From Amoebidium appalachense (taxonomy: Eukaryota; Protista; Ichthyosporea), in NCBI GenBank assembly GCA_963693365.1, contig CAVNZM010000007.1:7685962-7749961 (forward strand): DNA of 64,000 nt, given 5' to 3'. Below, one piece after another: positions 48,770 through 64,000 of this stretch. Both the position numbers and the translations under genes were made by a program. The notes beneath the pieces are model-generated. The model ran no database searches and was not told the origin of the DNA. It worked only from the letters and a program-made list of their open reading frames with translations. The number at the start of each line of letters is the position of its first letter. The stretch's first letter is position 1.

Positions 48770-48950
48770 GCGGTATATATACCCTGGAGGCAGGGCTGAG
48801 GGCTCACACTTTGTTCTGGAGGGATTTCCGATTGGTCCGTTCAAAGCATGAGGAGGAGGGCAAAAAAGCTTTCAGAATCAGCATTCCTTTAAAGATTCAA
48901 ACGTTTGATTGGTGGATTAGACAGACCAGATCTACGCCCCAAGCCCAATG
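48770..48950 (-). promoter_or_regulatory. Core promoter of the BT1 gene (TATA plus CCAAT boxes)
   Basis: TATATATA at ~48774-48781; ATTGG/CCAAT at ~48831, ~48908 and ~48945, 150-320 bp upstream of the ATG. Confidence 0.45.
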
Positions 48951-51023
48951 GTGTGGCCCACTTGTTTACAGGGTGTGAGATGTTGGCTTGGCTAACATAA
49001 GCACATATAGAGCCACCAACTGTTTTGAGGGGTATTTTCTTACATATTTGGCCACAGCAGAGACAATTAAAAAATTAGGTGGAATAATGGATATAACTTA
49101 AAAAGATTAGGGCCGCTGTTCCATATTTCAGGAACAGTTCTGTGGTCATAATATATCTACCTATTTCACAGGGCTGAGCCTGCCTAACCGCCATTTATTT
49201 TTATTTATTGAGATCATATAAATATATCAAGCTAGGCATAAAACCCGTCTCGAGCATATAGAGTAACAATCATAATAGTCAATAGGTGAAACATTAACTA
49301 TATACAATAACTAAGCTATTTGACAAACTCCTCGAAGGAGGCAATCGCACCATGATGGCTTACAAATTTTCAACTGGCGAGCAGATCGAAATGCATGGCA
49401 TGTATGCTACGGCGAAACTGGAACAACATGGCTCATGTTACTTAGACGTGATTGGATTAAACTAGTAGCACATGCTATATTTGGCTCATATTTCTATGTT
49501 GATTGGTTCATCAACCGACGGCATCAGCCAGCTATGAAATATTTGCGTACACCTTCCAGTTCGCTGTATACACAGCCTCCTTTCCTTCGAATTTCTTTAA
49601 GAGAAAGTGCCTATCTTACTATTTATTGAGCAATTTATGTAGCTGATATAGCCTACTGTTGATGCTCATTCATATGTGGTGAGCTTTCCGAAGTTCAAGT
49701 TCTACATGCAAACGGAATGCTCCCTGTTGAAAAACTCGCATGCAATTGGTCGAAGAGGAATGTTTGTGGCGTACACGGCCTGAACTTGATATGCACCTGG
49801 TGTGGGCCACTATTGGCATGATGGCGTCTTCTCGTGCTTCATCCGGATATAAAGATACAATATACTACTGTACTAGACAACGAACCCATATTTCTGCTTT
49901 ATATATTAGTTAACCATCCATATAGACTCTACTGGTGGAATATACCACCATGCCGGTGCTCGTGTCACGTGTGCCACTGAATGATGCTGTGCACGTGTCT
50001 TCGTATCAATCTTGCGCATGCGTGTACGGTAGGTCACGCTGGGCGGTGTCATGCGCAGCTGGAGCTGCTGGCACACGTGGTCTCCTCTGAGGTGCACCAG
50101 CCGTGCGCGCATGCTCCCGTGAACGGCCGTGTACACGTAACAGCCACTGACTGTGTGTGTGGCCTATTAGACTTGAGGCCGCTGGCAAATGTACATGCAA
50201 CTAGATCATCGTGTCGCAAGGTCGAGGCTCTCAGACTGCTCGGGGGCCCCGGGCCCGGGCTGCGGCCGCGGGGGCCACATTCCACATTGTCAAGTGTGGG
50301 CCCGGCAATGCTCAGGAAAGCACTAATGCACACGTGTATCATACCAACTCTGGCCATCATCGTGTGGCGTGCGGCCGTGTATGTACACATTTCTGGCGGA
50401 CCGGGTACTCACGTGACGAATGTATGTACACTTGTCGTAAGCCGGAACATCCGTACGCGTGGCACTCGACCGTTCGAAAGGCTGGCCACGGTAGGTGTAC
50501 CTGTGAACTGAAGGCCGCAACGGTGATCCCAGGGCCCAGCACGATGATTGGCGAACCACAGCAGATCCGCCTCGGCGATTGGTCACTGAAAGCCAATGAA
50601 ATGGTCGCACGTGAATGCACGACACGGTTTGTTTCAGCCTCAGATTTGGAGCTTTTATGTCCACATGCAGACATGTGCAGAAGCCTTATTAGCCTCCTAT
50701 ATCTAGGCCATGTGGCCTTCAAATAATCGTTTACCAAAACCGTGGCCCGATTTTTGGGCCTAAGAGATCACGAGTAGGAACAGAATGAGTGCAAACAGTA
50801 ACAGCACCATGTATCTCCCCCCCCCCTCCTTCCCCCTCCCCCCTCCCCCCCCCCCCCCCCCCCCCCCCCCCCCACGGTCCCACCCCGTCCGATCGAGCTC
50901 TCCCTCCCTGTACATGTGCTTGTGTGCACACGACGTGTTGTGTGCCTGTGTATGTGTACACGGGTGTGTGTGTGCGTGCGACACCGTGTGTGAGTAGTGT
51001 GTGTGTGCGCTTGTGTGTGCGCG

Positions 51024-51082
<59 letters not shown>

Positions 51083-51715
51083 GCATACATGTACTCGTGC
51101 GCGTGCGTTTTTCACACACACGTGTACGTGTATACGCTGGCTGTGGACGCGTGGTGGTGTACATACGTGATAGTCATTATATAGATGTGATGGCATATAT
51201 ATATTTATAATGTGCACATGTACACCACAAGCGCAAAATTTCACCATGAAGGTGTTGTGTTTTTAGTAGGCTGGTGCGTGTGCGCGTGCGTGTGCATAAT
51301 GATTGTAATGTGCATGTACATGTGTATGTATGTATGCATGCACAGAGATCTAGGGGGATGGGGGGGGGGGGGGGGAGGAAGGGGGGACTCCTCAGAGCAG
51401 ATTTCAGTCCAAAGTCGGTTGGCGGGTGCACACGTGTGTGTGCTTTGTGCACGTACTACATGTTTGCGTATGTATGTAGGCATACACAGAGATCCGGGGG
51501 AGGGGGGGGGGGGGGGGGGATTTGAATGCGTCAAAAAGTACGAAGTACACAAGAACAAACGGATAACATGATGCAGAATGCAAGCCATACATAAAGAGTA
51601 TGCATAATAAGCAGAGCCCATCCTCAGGGGGGGGGCCACGTCATCCACAGTACCCAAATTTCGACCTATTCACCTCGTTAACGAAACCCAACTCGGGGGG
51701 GGGGGGGGTTCTCAG

Positions 51716-51807
<92 letters not shown>

Positions 51808-51816
51808 AGAGAGAGT

Positions 51817-51856
<40 letters not shown>

Positions 51857-51945
51857 AGGGAGGGAGGGAGGGAGAGGGAGAGAGGGGGGCTCGGAGACGG
51901 AGGGAAGGCGGGAGGGAGGGAGGGAGGGAGGGAGGGAGAGGAGCA

Positions 51946-51978
<33 letters not shown>

Positions 51979-52680
51979 TGAAGGAGAGGTCTAGATCTAG
52001 AAGGAGATAGGCAAATAAGGAGAAAGGGTCTCTGTGGGTGGTGAGGGAGCAGAATCTGATAAAACAAAATCGTGCATGAAACCCGCCTCGTTCATCATCG
52101 AAAGTGAGTGCTGGTGAATGAAACAACATCTCTATTGTGCTGGTTTATCAATGCTCCACTTACTCTTTGGACCCAGGCACACCTAGTGCCCATGGGCTTT
52201 ACCGCTCTGCCTAATTGCGATTACAAATCTCAAGTATTTTCTCCGTCAATTTTTACATGCATAGATTAAACATCTTTGCCCCAGCCTTCTCTTCTGAAGT
52301 CGTGGTTACCTTTCGAGCACCAATTACACAGAATTTTCACCTTTACACACTTTGTCATAAGCATAGTCCTACTCACACAAATATACACTGAGCTACGAGT
52401 GTCTGTTTGTATGATTTCTTCAAGAGGAATACTTCCACTATTCGGCATCTGTCATCACAGAGTACAAGCATGCTATACAGTTATCTGCCAGGAATTTCAC
52501 TATCACACATACGACATGTCCCAAACAGTCTCCATATTACGTTCAATCAATCATTCATTTAAAAATTAATCCCATGCATACGGTAAGGTAAAATGAGGAG
52601 GTGTCAAGTGTAGGTGTAGGAGGGTGTGTGTGTGCGTGTGTTAGTGCGTGTGTTTCTGTGTGTGTTTGTGTTTGTGTGTG

Positions 52681-52725
<45 letters not shown>

Positions 52726-52941
52726 CTCGGAGCAGTTTTTCTTTTTCTTTTTTCTTTTTTTTTTGGGAGGGGGAAGGGGGGGGGGAGAGGGAGGGGGAAA
52801 GAGAGAGAGAGAAAGAGAGAAACGACCACAGAAAATGGGAGGGAGGGAGGGAGTGACTGACAGGCAGAGAAAAGGCGCCTGGGGCCGGGGCGGGGCGGGG
52901 CGGGGGGGGGGGGGGGGGGGGGAGAGGGGGGGATTATTTTG

Positions 52942-64000
<11,059 letters not shown>

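Overview
Eukaryotic genomic DNA with spliceosomal GT-AG introns. The introns are saturated with poly-G/poly-C/poly-T/poly-A runs and (GT)n/(GA)n microsatellites, so most ORF-track entries are artefacts. Gene content (MCU, an SH2 domain with YxN motifs, TSP1 repeats, plus a BT1 transporter that animals lack) suggests a unicellular holozoan, possibly an ichthyosporean (inference). Manual exon assembly gives nine genes: MCU (-); Ssu72 (+, 7 coding exons); two head-to-head secreted SIMPL/DUF541 paralogues; a type II membrane protein with a glycosyltransferase-like region fused to an alginate-lyase-like domain lacking its catalytic residues (-, 14 exons); a small ParB/Srx-like protein whose best-fitting exon 2 needs a CAT acceptor (-); a secreted ricin-B/TSP1 repeat protein (-, 10 exons); a BT1 folate/biopterin transporter (-); and a 5'-truncated gene joining an atypical Ras-like GTPase to a C-terminal SH2 domain (-, 13 exons in window). 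There is also a 65-bp hairpin MITE with an 8-bp TSD beside a copy of its empty site. The best novelty candidates are the Ras-SH2 fusion, the SIMPL pair and the GT/pseudo-lyase protein. All family calls come from motif recognition, not database searches.
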